The translations under genes were made by a program, and so were the position numbers. From positions 7,597 through 71,596 of the forward strand of contig CAZDAM010000005.1 in assembly GCA_964503595.1 (NCBI GenBank): a stretch of DNA of 64,000 nucleotides, written 5' to 3'. The notes under the pieces are model-generated. The model saw only the letters and a program-made list of their open reading frames with translations, did no database searches and was not told the DNA's origin. The stretch is from an uncultured bacterium (GTDB lineage Bacteria > Muiribacteriota > UBA6191). Of the stretch, positions 39,267-48,849 are shown one piece after another (positions within the stretch are counted from its first letter, which is position 1; each line of letters starts with the position of its first letter).

Positions 39267-39860
39267 TCAATCCCTGTTCATCTGAAAGTTCATGTTGAAC
39301 TTCGCCACGGGCTGCTTTTCCATGGTGTCATGCTGAAGTTCGGAAATATTGACCTGACTGACGACATCCTTGGCCTGCTGAAGAATCTTGATGAAGTCCG
39401 TGACTCCCTGAGTTGTCACTTCTCTTTTCTTGCGATCATCCTTCACTTCTGCCGCCATGGAGGTTCCATTCAGACTGACGCTGCCATCAGGCATGAAACG
39501 GATCTGCTGGACCCAGACCGTTTTGGATCTGGCCACAAATTCTTCAAAACGATAGAGAGTCTTGGTCCAGGAGCCGGTTTTCTTGGAAAGAATCGCCTTG
39601 TAATCCGTCAGGGCCGTATTCACATTGTTCAGCTCCTGCTCCATGCTGCGTTTCTCCTTGAAAAAACGATCCAGCTTGGCCACATCAGCCTTCAACGGCA
39701 CCAGTCTTTCAGTATAGGCTTCCAGCTCTTCCTGACATTGCTGGGCAAACCACAGGACTCCCACAACACAGGTCACAACCCAGAGAAAAACCAGAATCCC
39801 TCCAACGGGGAACGTCATCTGCTTTTTCTTCTTCTCCTTAAGGAGGTTAATCTTAATCAT
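39267..39860 (-). CDS. pilN: Pilus assembly protein PilN
   Basis: N-terminal MIKINLLKEKKK (the INLLP-like motif) then a TM and coiled coil. Overlaps pilM by 8 nt. Confidence 0.75.
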   Translation of the reverse strand: MIKINLLKEKKKKQMTFPVGGILVFLWVVTCVVGVLWFAQQCQEELEAYTERLVPLKADVAKLDRFFKEKRSMEQELNNVNTALTDYKAILSKKTGSWTKTLYRFEEFVARSKTVWVQQIRFMPDGSVSLNGTSMAAEVKDDRKKREVTTQGVTDFIKILQQAKDVVSQVNISELQHDTMEKQPVAKFNMNFQMNRD

Positions 39861-41028
39861 CGATATCCACCCCCCTCATCGCCAGACCCAAAGCTACGGA
39901 GAACTGATGGAGATTGTCCATGAACAGATCCTCATTGGGCATGGCCTTCTGTAAACCGAAGGAAGGATCCCCCAGTTCCACATCCACACTTAACTCGTTG
40001 GACAGAAGTGTATCAATATTTTTGAGCTTGGCTGTCCCACCTGTCAGAATCACTCTATGAATCACCGGCTCTCGATGCTGGGCCTTGAAATAGTCAAAGG
40101 AACGGCGGATTTCAGCCGCGATTTCTTCAACCGTGGTCTGAACCACTTCTTCAAATTCGGTATCCACCTCGCCCTGCATGGCAGCAACTGATTTCTCGAT
40201 CTTGGTGGCTTCGGCTTCCTGAAATGTAACCTTGTACACTGATTTGATGACTTCAGTGATGTTGTTACCGGAGATGGGGACATTCCTGGAAAAGCGCAGG
40301 ACCCCATCCTTCAGGACGTTGATAATAGTCGTTCTGGCCCCGATGCTGACAATGGCCACGACTTCATCTTCAACATCCGAACCCATACCCTCTAGGGAAG
40401 AACCCATTGGCTCTTCATCTTCCACTGTTGGGGCATCTTCCCCTTCTCCCATCGAGAAGTCCTGGGCCTGATTTTTTCGCTTCAAATATTTATCCAGAGA
40501 ATTGATCACGGCAATCGCGTCGATGTCAAGAGCATCCAGCTGCTTGACTCCCACAGCCTTGAAAAGATTGACCAGGGTCTCCACATACTGCTTCTTGGCC
40601 ACCGCCAGAAGACAAAGAACCCGCATGGAACCTTCCATTTCTATTCGGGCCAGTTTAGCGTAGTTCAGGTTAACCTCATCAATGGAGTAGGGAACATACT
40701 GTTCAGCTTCCCCCTCAACCACCATCTTAAGCTCGGCATCTTCCAGATCAGGGAGAGGAAGAAATCTGAGAATCGTGTTCTGAGAGGCCACCGAAGTGAA
40801 AACCTGTTCGAACTTGAGGTTATTTTCTTTTTTGATGGTCTTGAGCATGGATACGACAGTGTTCACATCTTCCAACTCTCCATCCACAAATACGCCATCA
40901 GGATAGGTTTCCACCCCGCAGGCAACGACTTCCGCTCCGCTTTTCCCCTTTTTAAGCATAACGAATTTCAGGCAGGAAGAGCCTATATCAATGCCCAGAG
41001 AGTATTTTGGCGGCCCAAACCGAAACAT
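39853..41028 (-). CDS. pilM: Type IV pilus assembly ATPase-like protein PilM
   Basis: FtsA/actin-like fold (LGIDIGSSCLKFVMLKK...) with PilM domain order, 391 aa. Confidence 0.85.
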   Translation of the reverse strand: MFRFGPPKYSLGIDIGSSCLKFVMLKKGKSGAEVVACGVETYPDGVFVDGELEDVNTVVSMLKTIKKENNLKFEQVFTSVASQNTILRFLPLPDLEDAELKMVVEGEAEQYVPYSIDEVNLNYAKLARIEMEGSMRVLCLLAVAKKQYVETLVNLFKAVGVKQLDALDIDAIAVINSLDKYLKRKNQAQDFSMGEGEDAPTVEDEEPMGSSLEGMGSDVEDEVVAIVSIGARTTIINVLKDGVLRFSRNVPISGNNITEVIKSVYKVTFQEAEATKIEKSVAAMQGEVDTEFEEVVQTTVEEIAAEIRRSFDYFKAQHREPVIHRVILTGGTAKLKNIDTLLSNELSVDVELGDPSFGLQKAMPNEDLFMDNLHQFSVALGLAMRGVDIDD

Positions 41029-41152
41029 AGCTGGATCCTTTCCTTGGGTCAGTACATAATCAGGATTTGTTGTCGGGCCCGACAGGCACCCCGATTTGTA
41101 GACACCTTAACGTATTATAGCCGAAAGCTGACACGCCGCCAAAGGGTGCGCG

Positions 41153-42352
41153 CTACTCATATAGTCGATAGACGCTGGCTCCCGTGTAATAATACTGGAG
41201 AATTTTCTCGTAGGAATCTCCGCGCCTAGCCAATCCCTTGGCTCCCCACTGACACAGTCCTACCCCATGTCCAAAGCCTGTTCCCCGGATTTTTACCACC
41301 CGGTCAGCATCCATCGCGGTCATAAATTTTTTCAGGATCTGATCAATTGCTTTTTCTGCCGGGTCTTCACGATCCATTCCGGGAAGGGACTGAATTTCAA
41401 AAAAGGTACTCCTCAAACGGTCCGGCCCAAGAAGAGTTCTTAGGTGATTGGCATTCATGAAGGTTTCCTGTCCCCCCTGATGAATCAGATGGACGTTTTC
41501 CACTCTTCCAGAAGGATCGTTTTCTACCCGGATATCCGTAATGGCCAAAACCTTTTTGCCCTTTTCCCGCAAACGGTTGGTGATTTCCGCCAGGGACAGT
41601 TCCATATTCCAGGAAAAGCCCGGATAGCTGGCACACCAGGGACAGGGACGTGATTTCAGATAGTTTATGGGGCGTCCGGACCAGGTTTTTGCATCCTGGG
41701 TTGCTCCTCCGCAGGAAGCACAGTAATAGGAGGCAATCGGTTCCCCATTGACCACAGCAATTCGCCCTCTGGTGGCATTCACCACTTCGATCGACAGGGC
41801 ATGTTCATCCTTAACCCCGTTATAGACCTGGGAGCGGGTATCCCGAGTCAGGCCAAACCCAAGCTCATTCATGAATTTGTTCTGATTGCGAATGGCATAG
41901 GTCCTGGCTACGACAGCCTGGGCCTTCAGAGCCTCCCGGGGGGAATTCAAAAGCATCTCAGACTTGATGACGCCATAAAGATAGGACTCCAGATCCACAT
42001 GATTGATAGCCGTCATTCTTCCAAACCGGTCTTCTCTTAAAACAAGCTTCCCTCGGAATTTCATGCCGTTGATTTCAAAGGGACGATCCCGAAAGGGCCT
42101 GATCTCAATCTCGTGCAGGTTCTTGTATTCCAGAAAACCAAACCCACGGGCGGAAAGTTCAATCACCAGTTTGGAGGAATTCCAGCGGCGGAACAGCTCG
42201 GTATTTTGAACCAGATCGCGGATAATAAAGCCTTTTTCTGCCGAAATTTCCGCCTTCCTGAGACCCTCAAATACTCCAACGGTAATTTCCGGAACCTCGG
42301 CATGAAGCACCAGGCCGATCAGCAGGAAGAGCAGTAGCCGCATCAGCGCCAC
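41153..42352 (-). CDS. SpoIID/LytB domain protein
   Basis: Signal peptide, then ALKAQAVVARTYA...YYCASCGG, characteristic of the SpoIID/LytB amidase-enhancer family. Confidence 0.8.
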   Translation of the reverse strand: MALMRLLLFLLIGLVLHAEVPEITVGVFEGLRKAEISAEKGFIIRDLVQNTELFRRWNSSKLVIELSARGFGFLEYKNLHEIEIRPFRDRPFEINGMKFRGKLVLREDRFGRMTAINHVDLESYLYGVIKSEMLLNSPREALKAQAVVARTYAIRNQNKFMNELGFGLTRDTRSQVYNGVKDEHALSIEVVNATRGRIAVVNGEPIASYYCASCGGATQDAKTWSGRPINYLKSRPCPWCASYPGFSWNMELSLAEITNRLREKGKKVLAITDIRVENDPSGRVENVHLIHQGGQETFMNANHLRTLLGPDRLRSTFFEIQSLPGMDREDPAEKAIDQILKKFMTAMDADRVVKIRGTGFGHGVGLCQWGAKGLARRGDSYEKILQYYYTGASVYRLYE

Positions 42353-43641
42353 AGATCTCCGATATCCTTGATGGTTACCACTATCATGAGGGTAAAGACA
42401 CAGAGTACACCCAGAACATTCACATAGCCCTCAGCCGTATCGTTGAACGTATCTTCCTTACGCCTGAGCACCATACGTCCAAAAGTGTTCACCCCATCCT
42501 TGATGGTTAGAACCAGAATTCTGCCACCATCCAGACCAGGAATCGGGACCAGATTGAAAATCCCGATACACAGACAGATCTGGGCCGTGAGAAGCAGCAT
42601 GCTGTTCAGGCCGCGCTCAGAATGCTTGGCCACCGTATTGGCAATCGCAATCGGCCCCCCGATTTCTGCCGGGGGAGCGAATTTGCTGATCAGGTTGGAA
42701 AACATGCTGACGAGCTGTTCAAAAAGCTGCTGGGTCAGAAGAAGCGTTGTACGAATGGCTTCCGGTGTGGCTTCAGAGAAAGGCAGAAGAATCATGCGAT
42801 CCGAAAGATAGAAAGGGCGAATTCCAACCCCGATTCTGCCTCCGGAACTCGGAGTCACGACCAGATCCAGATTTTCCAGTTTGCGGGCAAGCTCAAGATC
42901 TAGATTTTCCGTATCCTGGCTCAGAAGCTGCCTGATCGACTCCGTACTGGTCCGAAACGTCTTGACCGACTCACCTTTGAATCCTGAACGCAACAAAAAC
43001 GGCTCACTCAGATTCTTTAGTTCGGAGAGCAGAACTTCCGGCTGAATCATCTCAAAGCTCCGGCCCCGCAAAACCGTGACTTTCAGATCCTTGCCCGCAT
43101 TCTCGGCAATCCACATCCGCCCTTGCTCAAAGCGCTCAATTCTTTGATCGTTTAGGGCCACAAAGCGGTCCCCGGGCTGAAACCCGGCCTCGACAGCGGG
43201 ACTTCCCTCAACAATATGGGTGACCATCAGGGTCGTTTCCGGTTGCCCGAAGCTGCTTAGGCTGAGAGTCAGAATCGCCATGGTTCCCAGAACATTCATG
43301 GCTGGACCCGCCAGCAGAATAAAGATTCTTTGATACAGGGGTTTGGCTGAGAATGCCCTTTCACCAGCGTCTTCAGCCCCATCCTGGGGGCCATCCTCCT
43401 GCGCCAGCAGCACAAAACCGCCAATCGGCAGGAGTCTTAAGGAATACTCTGTCTCACCAAACGTGCGGGCAAACAGGCGACGCCCCATGCCGATGGCAAA
43501 GGCATCAACGCGGACATTGCACATTTTGGCGGCAAGAAAATGCCCCAGCTCGTGAATGAAAGCCACAAAGCCAATCACAAGACTGAAGAGAAAAATGGTT
43601 TTTACGGTTGTAAAAGCGTGAGCAAGGATTGTTTCAAGCAT
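42343..43641 (-). CDS. rseP: Site-2 protease RseP (M50 zinc metalloprotease with PDZ)
   Basis: Has HELGH in TM1 (FIHELGHFLAAKM), a PDZ domain and the NLVPIPGLDGGRIL third zinc-ligand motif. Confidence 0.85.
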   Translation of the reverse strand: MLETILAHAFTTVKTIFLFSLVIGFVAFIHELGHFLAAKMCNVRVDAFAIGMGRRLFARTFGETEYSLRLLPIGGFVLLAQEDGPQDGAEDAGERAFSAKPLYQRIFILLAGPAMNVLGTMAILTLSLSSFGQPETTLMVTHIVEGSPAVEAGFQPGDRFVALNDQRIERFEQGRMWIAENAGKDLKVTVLRGRSFEMIQPEVLLSELKNLSEPFLLRSGFKGESVKTFRTSTESIRQLLSQDTENLDLELARKLENLDLVVTPSSGGRIGVGIRPFYLSDRMILLPFSEATPEAIRTTLLLTQQLFEQLVSMFSNLISKFAPPAEIGGPIAIANTVAKHSERGLNSMLLLTAQICLCIGIFNLVPIPGLDGGRILVLTIKDGVNTFGRMVLRRKEDTFNDTAEGYVNVLGVLCVFTLMIVVTIKDIGDLWR

Positions 43642-44776
43642 CTGTTGTCCCTGCTTCCATGCCGGCAGGTATAGCGGTCGTCAGTTTAAAACCCAGCACG
43701 ACTATCGACCACAGAGCCAGACCCGGGAAGGGCAGAAGATTCAAAAATGCCCAGAAAACACAGAAAACTGCCAGAAGACGAACCCAGGATATAAGGTCCA
43801 TGGAAGAGACTTCCTGAACAAAGCGGGTCAATTCATCCGTCAGGTCCAGAAAAGATAGCCGAAAATCACTCAGATTCAGAGAATGTTTCATGATGAGACT
43901 GAATAAAACTCCGGTATAAGCAAACCCGCCCCGCATGGAATCGACCAGACCATGACGTACCAGCCGGGAACTCAGGCTGAAGGGCTTGATTCCGACTCCC
44001 AGCTCCGCATATCTGCTGCGATCCCATTGCACGGAAAACTCTGTAGCCGTAGTAGAAACCCCAGCCTGAGCCCCTGCCAGATTCTTGGTATTCAGCCAGC
44101 TTCGGGCTTCTTCTACCGAATAGAAAAGAGCCTGCTCTTTCTCAGAAGACAGCTCGACCCGGATATAGTTGGGAGCTTCGTAGCGTTTATCCAACCACTC
44201 CTGAAAAGAAGCAATAGTTGAAAAATTCACCCAGCCCGTGCGTCTCTGCCAGGTCAGTTCCAGAGGCTCACTGGCCTCCTTCAGAAGCTTCTGCCCTTCC
44301 TCAAAACTCTGAATTTCGGTCTGATTGACCTTCAAAAGGACATCCCCGCGCTCAATGCAGGCATGATGAGCAAATGATTCTTCTCTGACATTGGTCACCT
44401 GCAGGGTCTGGGCCTGTTCACCATAAAGCCAGAGGCTTATTGTCAAAAGAACGGCCGAAGTCCCCAGCATGGTGGGAAGCAGTCCCGCGTGGATGAAAAT
44501 CTGCTGGAGGATCCTGCGCCGGGGACTCATCCGGGCGTCCAGAAGACTGGTCTCCCGAAAATCCAGAAGCTTCATGCCACACCCAACCGGAAACCAGCCA
44601 ACTGAAACCACGACAGTCTTAAAAGCCAGGAACTCCCAGCGGGCCCGACCTAAAAAGATCCAGACGGAATCGACCCTGGCCCCAACCAGGCAGGCCAGAA
44701 CAAATCGCCCGACCAGAGATGCCAGACCAATAATCTGAATCGTCAGAATAAAGAAAAAAGCCTGATTTAGCGTCAC
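43634..44776 (-). CDS. RseP-like membrane protein with PDZ domain, catalytic motifs lost (pseudo-protease)
   Basis: Colinear with the adjacent rseP (TM, PDZ, TM), but HExxH is replaced by LVGRF and LDGG by PGLALWS. Overlaps rseP by 8 nt. Confidence 0.6.
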   Translation of the reverse strand: MTLNQAFFFILTIQIIGLASLVGRFVLACLVGARVDSVWIFLGRARWEFLAFKTVVVSVGWFPVGCGMKLLDFRETSLLDARMSPRRRILQQIFIHAGLLPTMLGTSAVLLTISLWLYGEQAQTLQVTNVREESFAHHACIERGDVLLKVNQTEIQSFEEGQKLLKEASEPLELTWQRRTGWVNFSTIASFQEWLDKRYEAPNYIRVELSSEKEQALFYSVEEARSWLNTKNLAGAQAGVSTTATEFSVQWDRSRYAELGVGIKPFSLSSRLVRHGLVDSMRGGFAYTGVLFSLIMKHSLNLSDFRLSFLDLTDELTRFVQEVSSMDLISWVRLLAVFCVFWAFLNLLPFPGLALWSIVVLGFKLTTAIPAGMEAGTTDA

Positions 44777-45594
44777 AATGCCATGGTTTCACTTGCTTCA
44801 AGAAGTGTCAGAAGGCCCAGATACGGAATCGAGCCCGCTGTCACGGAATCAAACCTGTCCAGAATACCACCATGGCCGGGCAGGATGGAACCCGAATCCT
44901 TGACTCCGAAATTGCGTTTATAAAATGACTCCAGCAAATCGCCTACCTGACCAGCCGCTCCGACAATCAGAATGAAAGTCCAGAAATGATACTGAACGGT
45001 TGGGTCGAAGAGAATCTTGCATGGATAAAGAATCAGCCCAGCCGAAACAAGGCCAAGAACCGAGCCCTCCCAAGTCTTCTTAGGGCTCAGAGAAGCCCAG
45101 AGCCGGCGCTTACCGAAAGCCCGGCCAAAGAAATAGGCCATGGAATCCTGGCACCACATCAACCCAAAAAGAAAAACGAGGTGGGGAAAAGGCACGCTCA
45201 GAGTCGCAAGATACAGAATCGGCATATAGAAAAAGGAGATATAGATGAAGGTCGAGAACAGACCACAGAAGTCATAAAAATAGTAGAAGTCATGCTCTCC
45301 CTCATAAAGGAAAATGCTGATCATCAGGAAAAAGAAGAGAGAGAGAAGCGGAAGAATAACCAGATGAGGAATACTCTCAAGACTCAGAGCCATCCACAGC
45401 AGTCCGATCCAGAGGCTGGCTGATGCCACGTAGACCAATCTCAAACCCCGACTGTACCGGCTGAATTTCAAACCTTCCAGAAAGGCCATTCCCATCACAA
45501 GGGTCCAAAGACCAGGGAAAGACCAAGGATAGTATTTCATGCTTCCCAGCATGATAAAAACCAGGCAGATACCACTCAGGGCCCGAACCATCAT
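44773..45594 (-). CDS. cdsA: Phosphatidate cytidylyltransferase
   Basis: Polytopic membrane protein with the C-terminal CdsA signature region (DSMAYFFGRAFGKRRL...GHGGILDRFDS). Confidence 0.8.
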   Translation of the reverse strand: MMVRALSGICLVFIMLGSMKYYPWSFPGLWTLVMGMAFLEGLKFSRYSRGLRLVYVASASLWIGLLWMALSLESIPHLVILPLLSLFFFLMISIFLYEGEHDFYYFYDFCGLFSTFIYISFFYMPILYLATLSVPFPHLVFLFGLMWCQDSMAYFFGRAFGKRRLWASLSPKKTWEGSVLGLVSAGLILYPCKILFDPTVQYHFWTFILIVGAAGQVGDLLESFYKRNFGVKDSGSILPGHGGILDRFDSVTAGSIPYLGLLTLLEASETMAL

Positions 45595-46376
45595 GCGCTG
45601 CCAAACCTCCTCTGGCGACCCTGATACTCAAGAAGCGCCTCAAGCAGATGCTTCAGGCGAAAATCAGGCCAGTGAACACCGGCAAAATAGAACTCGGAAT
45701 AAGCCAACTCCCAAAGCAGGAAATTACTCAGGCGCATTTCTCCGGAAGTCCGGATCAGAAGCTCAGGCTCAGGCAAACCTGCGGTCCCCAGAGAAGATGC
45801 AATGACTTCTTCATCAATGGCTTCAGGGCTCAGTTGACCAGATTTGACTCTGTGCGCCAGAGCCTGGAAGGCATGCACCAGATCCGCCCGGCCCGAATAA
45901 TTCAGGCAGAGATTCATCTGAACCCGCCGTCCTCCCTGAGTCCGGATTCTGGCATCTTCAAACTCCTGGCGAATCCCCTCACCCATACGACTGAGATCTC
46001 CAATCCAGTTGATGAAGACTCCCTGATCTTCCAGATCATCCACGTACTTTATCAGGGATGCAGAAAAGAGCTTCATCAGAGCTGTGACCTCCTGCTCTGA
46101 ACGCCGCCAGTTCTCTGTCGAGAAAGCATAGAAAGTCACCACTTCAACAGGCAGCTTGGCACAGGCATCCACCATGGCATGTACAGAATCCACGCCAGCC
46201 TTGTGACCAAACGTACGAGGGCGGTTACGCTGCTTGGCCCAGCGTCCGTTACCATCCATGATAAAGGCAATATGGCGGGGACAGTTCTTCAGATCCAGAC
46301 GTTCCAAAAGGACCCGCTCTTCATCTTTTGGATTCAGGTCCAGAAGGATCTGCTCCCTTGTATATTCCTGCTGCAT
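45591..46376 (-). CDS. uppS: Undecaprenyl-diphosphate synthase
   Basis: Has HIAFIMDGNGRWAK and the cis-prenyltransferase RTSGE motif. Confidence 0.9.
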   Translation of the reverse strand: MQQEYTREQILLDLNPKDEERVLLERLDLKNCPRHIAFIMDGNGRWAKQRNRPRTFGHKAGVDSVHAMVDACAKLPVEVVTFYAFSTENWRRSEQEVTALMKLFSASLIKYVDDLEDQGVFINWIGDLSRMGEGIRQEFEDARIRTQGGRRVQMNLCLNYSGRADLVHAFQALAHRVKSGQLSPEAIDEEVIASSLGTAGLPEPELLIRTSGEMRLSNFLLWELAYSEFYFAGVHWPDFRLKHLLEALLEYQGRQRRFGSA

Positions 46377-46410
46377 GCAATCTTCCTTGAACTTCAGGCT
46401 GATCCTTTTG

Positions 46411-46453
46411 ATTCAGCCCCTGAATGCAAAAACGGGTTCCCGACGGGGAACCC
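46411..46453 (-). terminator. Rho-independent terminator after frr (double hairpin)
   Basis: A perfect 8-bp stem GGGTTCCC-GACG-GGGAACCC, followed on the minus strand by GTTTTTG, plus a second small hairpin attcag-cccc-tgaat. Confidence 0.55.
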
Positions 46454-46497
46454 GCATTCGCCCGAAATTAAATTCGGTGAAATCTCAGGATCAGGTC

Positions 46498-47058
46498 TCA
46501 AACCTGCATGATCTCCTGTTCCTTATGCTCAAGGATGGAGTCCACCTTGGAAATGAAAACGTCCGTCTGATCCTGAATTTTCTTCTGAGCCTGCTTGCTC
46601 TCGTCCTCGTTGATCTCCTTGTCTTTCTCAAGCTTCTTAATTGCGTTGTTGGCATCCCGTCGGCAGTTACGGACCGCAACCCGGCCCTCTTCTGCCTTGC
46701 CTTTGACCGCCTTGACCATATCCCGACGACGCTCTTCGTTGAGCTCAGGCATTGTCAGACGGATGTTATTCCCGTCATTGGCCGGAGTAATGCCTACATC
46801 AGACACCATGATGGCTTTCTCAATCACGGCGATCAGCTTTTTATCCCAGGGCTGAATCATCAGAACCCTTGGTTCCGGAACAGTAATGGAAGCGACAGCC
46901 TTCAGTGGCTGGGCACTACCGTAGGCATCCACCTTGATTTTTTCCACCAGACTGGGATGAGCCCGGCCGGTACGAATCCCCTGCAAATTGCTCAACAGAG
47001 AATCCAGAGCCTTGCTCATGCGTTCTTCGTTTTCACTCAGAATTTCTTCAAGTGACAT
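46498..47058 (-). CDS. frr: Ribosome recycling factor
   Basis: 186 aa, typical RRF sequence (MSLEEILSENEERMSKALD...). Confidence 0.9.
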   Translation of the reverse strand: MSLEEILSENEERMSKALDSLLSNLQGIRTGRAHPSLVEKIKVDAYGSAQPLKAVASITVPEPRVLMIQPWDKKLIAVIEKAIMVSDVGITPANDGNNIRLTMPELNEERRRDMVKAVKGKAEEGRVAVRNCRRDANNAIKKLEKDKEINEDESKQAQKKIQDQTDVFISKVDSILEHKEQEIMQV

Positions 47059-47111
47059 GCTTTACTCCTGCTTTTTCATATTCAAGGCCGGGACTGAAGA
47101 CCTGAAACAGC

Positions 47112-47825
47112 TTAGTGAACCAGAGTACCTATATCCGCCCCTTTCAGGAGCTCAACAATACCGTTTTTCTCAAAGATATTCAAGACACGAATCGGGATGT
47201 TCCGTTGCTCACAAAGAGCAATCGCCCCAGCATCCATAACCTTCAGACCCCTACCAAGAACCTCATTGAAACGAACTGTTTTAAACAGTTTTGCGTCCGG
47301 GTTCTGGACAGGATCCCCATCATAGATTCCATTGACTTTGGTCGCCTTGATCAGCAGATCGGCTCCCACTTCAGCAGCTCTCAAAGCTCCTCCGGAATCC
47401 GTTGTTACAAAAGGATTCCCGGTTCCCCCGGCAAAAACAACCACTTTGCCTTCCGCCAGAAAAGTCCGGCTTTTCTCAGCACTGTGCTGCTCGGCGTACT
47501 GAGGCATGGCAAAAGGAGTACTCAGTACAGCAGGAATCCCCATGGCCCGGAAAATCTGGCAGACCCCGGCCCCATTGATGACAGTCGCCATCATGCCCAT
47601 AAAATCAGCCATCACCGGATCCATGCCCTGAGAGCTACCCTGAACCCCCCGGAAAATGTTTCCGCCACCCACAACAAGCCCGACTTCAATCCCAAGCTCA
47701 CGCACCTGAATCAGCTGCTTGCCCAAGCCCTGAACGACTTCCTGATTGATCCCCTGACCATCAGTTCCACCCAGAGCCTCACCACTCATTTTCACGATTA
47801 CGCGCTTCACGCTTTCCCCCATCAA
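47112..47825 (-). CDS. pyrH: Uridylate kinase
   Basis: KRVIVKMSGEAL ... VVGGGNIFRG amino-acid kinase fold. Confidence 0.9.
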   Translation of the reverse strand: MMGESVKRVIVKMSGEALGGTDGQGINQEVVQGLGKQLIQVRELGIEVGLVVGGGNIFRGVQGSSQGMDPVMADFMGMMATVINGAGVCQIFRAMGIPAVLSTPFAMPQYAEQHSAEKSRTFLAEGKVVVFAGGTGNPFVTTDSGGALRAAEVGADLLIKATKVNGIYDGDPVQNPDAKLFKTVRFNEVLGRGLKVMDAGAIALCEQRNIPIRVLNIFEKNGIVELLKGADIGTLVH

Positions 47826-47861
47826 TCTCTTGTCACAACCCCGCCCAATCAGGTAAGCAGG

Positions 47862-47890
47862 GCAAAAAAAAAGCCCTTGCGGGCTTCTTT
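47862..47890 (-). terminator. Rho-independent terminator after tsf
   Basis: Hairpin AAGCCC-TTGC-GGGCTT followed on the minus strand by a run of nine T. Confidence 0.6.
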
Positions 47891-47900
47891 TGGGAAAGAA

Positions 47901-48830
47901 TCAGGATTTATTTACCTGACTCATGACTTCAGTTGCGAAGTCTTCCTGCTTTTTTTCGATTCCTTCACCCAGAACGAAGCGATGGAATCCCTGGATAGCA
48001 ATGGAAGTACCAAGAGCCTTGCCCTTCTCTTCCAGAAGCTTTTCCACTTTCAGTTTTGACTCTTTCACGAAAGGCTGATTCAGAAGACAGATATCTTCAA
48101 AGAATTTGCCGAGTTTTCCTTCGGCAATCTTATCGAGCATTTCTTCCTTCTTGCCCTCTTTGCGCAGAATTTCCTTGTAGATGTCGATTTCTTTCAGGAT
48201 CGCATCCTGAGGAACTTCATCCTTGGTCAGATACTTGGGAGCAACGGCGGCCACATGCATGGCCAGATCACTACCCAGTTCCTTGAATTCCGTACCCTGA
48301 GTCACTTCGGCATTTCCTGTTGCCAGAGATACCAGAACACCGATGCTACCGGCACCATGGATGTAGGAAACAACCTGTCCATGAGTCGGAACCTGAAACA
48401 GACCAATGCGCCTGAGGGTGATTTTTTCACCGATACGGGCTACAGCCTCAGTGATGTGCTGCTCAATGGAAGAACCATTGAGATCCAGTTTCAGAACGGC
48501 ATCGACATCTCCCTGAACGGAAGTTGCCGCAACTTTGGCGATACTGTCCACCAGAGCCAGAAAGTCATCTGTTTTAGCCACGAAATCGGTTTCACAGTTC
48601 ACTTCAACCAGTGCACCTGTTTTTCCATCTTCGCTGACATAGGAACGAACTGCACCTTCGGCTGCAATCCGGCCAGCCTTCTTGCTGGCAGCCGCCAGGC
48701 CCTGCTTACGCAGAAACTCAACCGCCTTGTCCATATCGCCACTGCTGGCGTCCAGGGCCTTTTTGCAGTCCATCATGCCTGCACCGGTTTTTTCCCTGAG
48801 TGTTTTGACGTCTTGTGCTGTAAAAGCCAT
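47901..48830 (-). CDS. tsf: Elongation factor Ts
   Basis: N-terminal UBA-like region (VKTLREKTGAGMMDCKKAL) and EF-Ts dimerisation domains. Confidence 0.9.
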   Translation of the reverse strand: MAFTAQDVKTLREKTGAGMMDCKKALDASSGDMDKAVEFLRKQGLAAASKKAGRIAAEGAVRSYVSEDGKTGALVEVNCETDFVAKTDDFLALVDSIAKVAATSVQGDVDAVLKLDLNGSSIEQHITEAVARIGEKITLRRIGLFQVPTHGQVVSYIHGAGSIGVLVSLATGNAEVTQGTEFKELGSDLAMHVAAVAPKYLTKDEVPQDAILKEIDIYKEILRKEGKKEEMLDKIAEGKLGKFFEDICLLNQPFVKESKLKVEKLLEEKGKALGTSIAIQGFHRFVLGEGIEKKQEDFATEVMSQVNKS

Positions 48831-48849
48831 GCAAAACTCCTGTTTTCAA

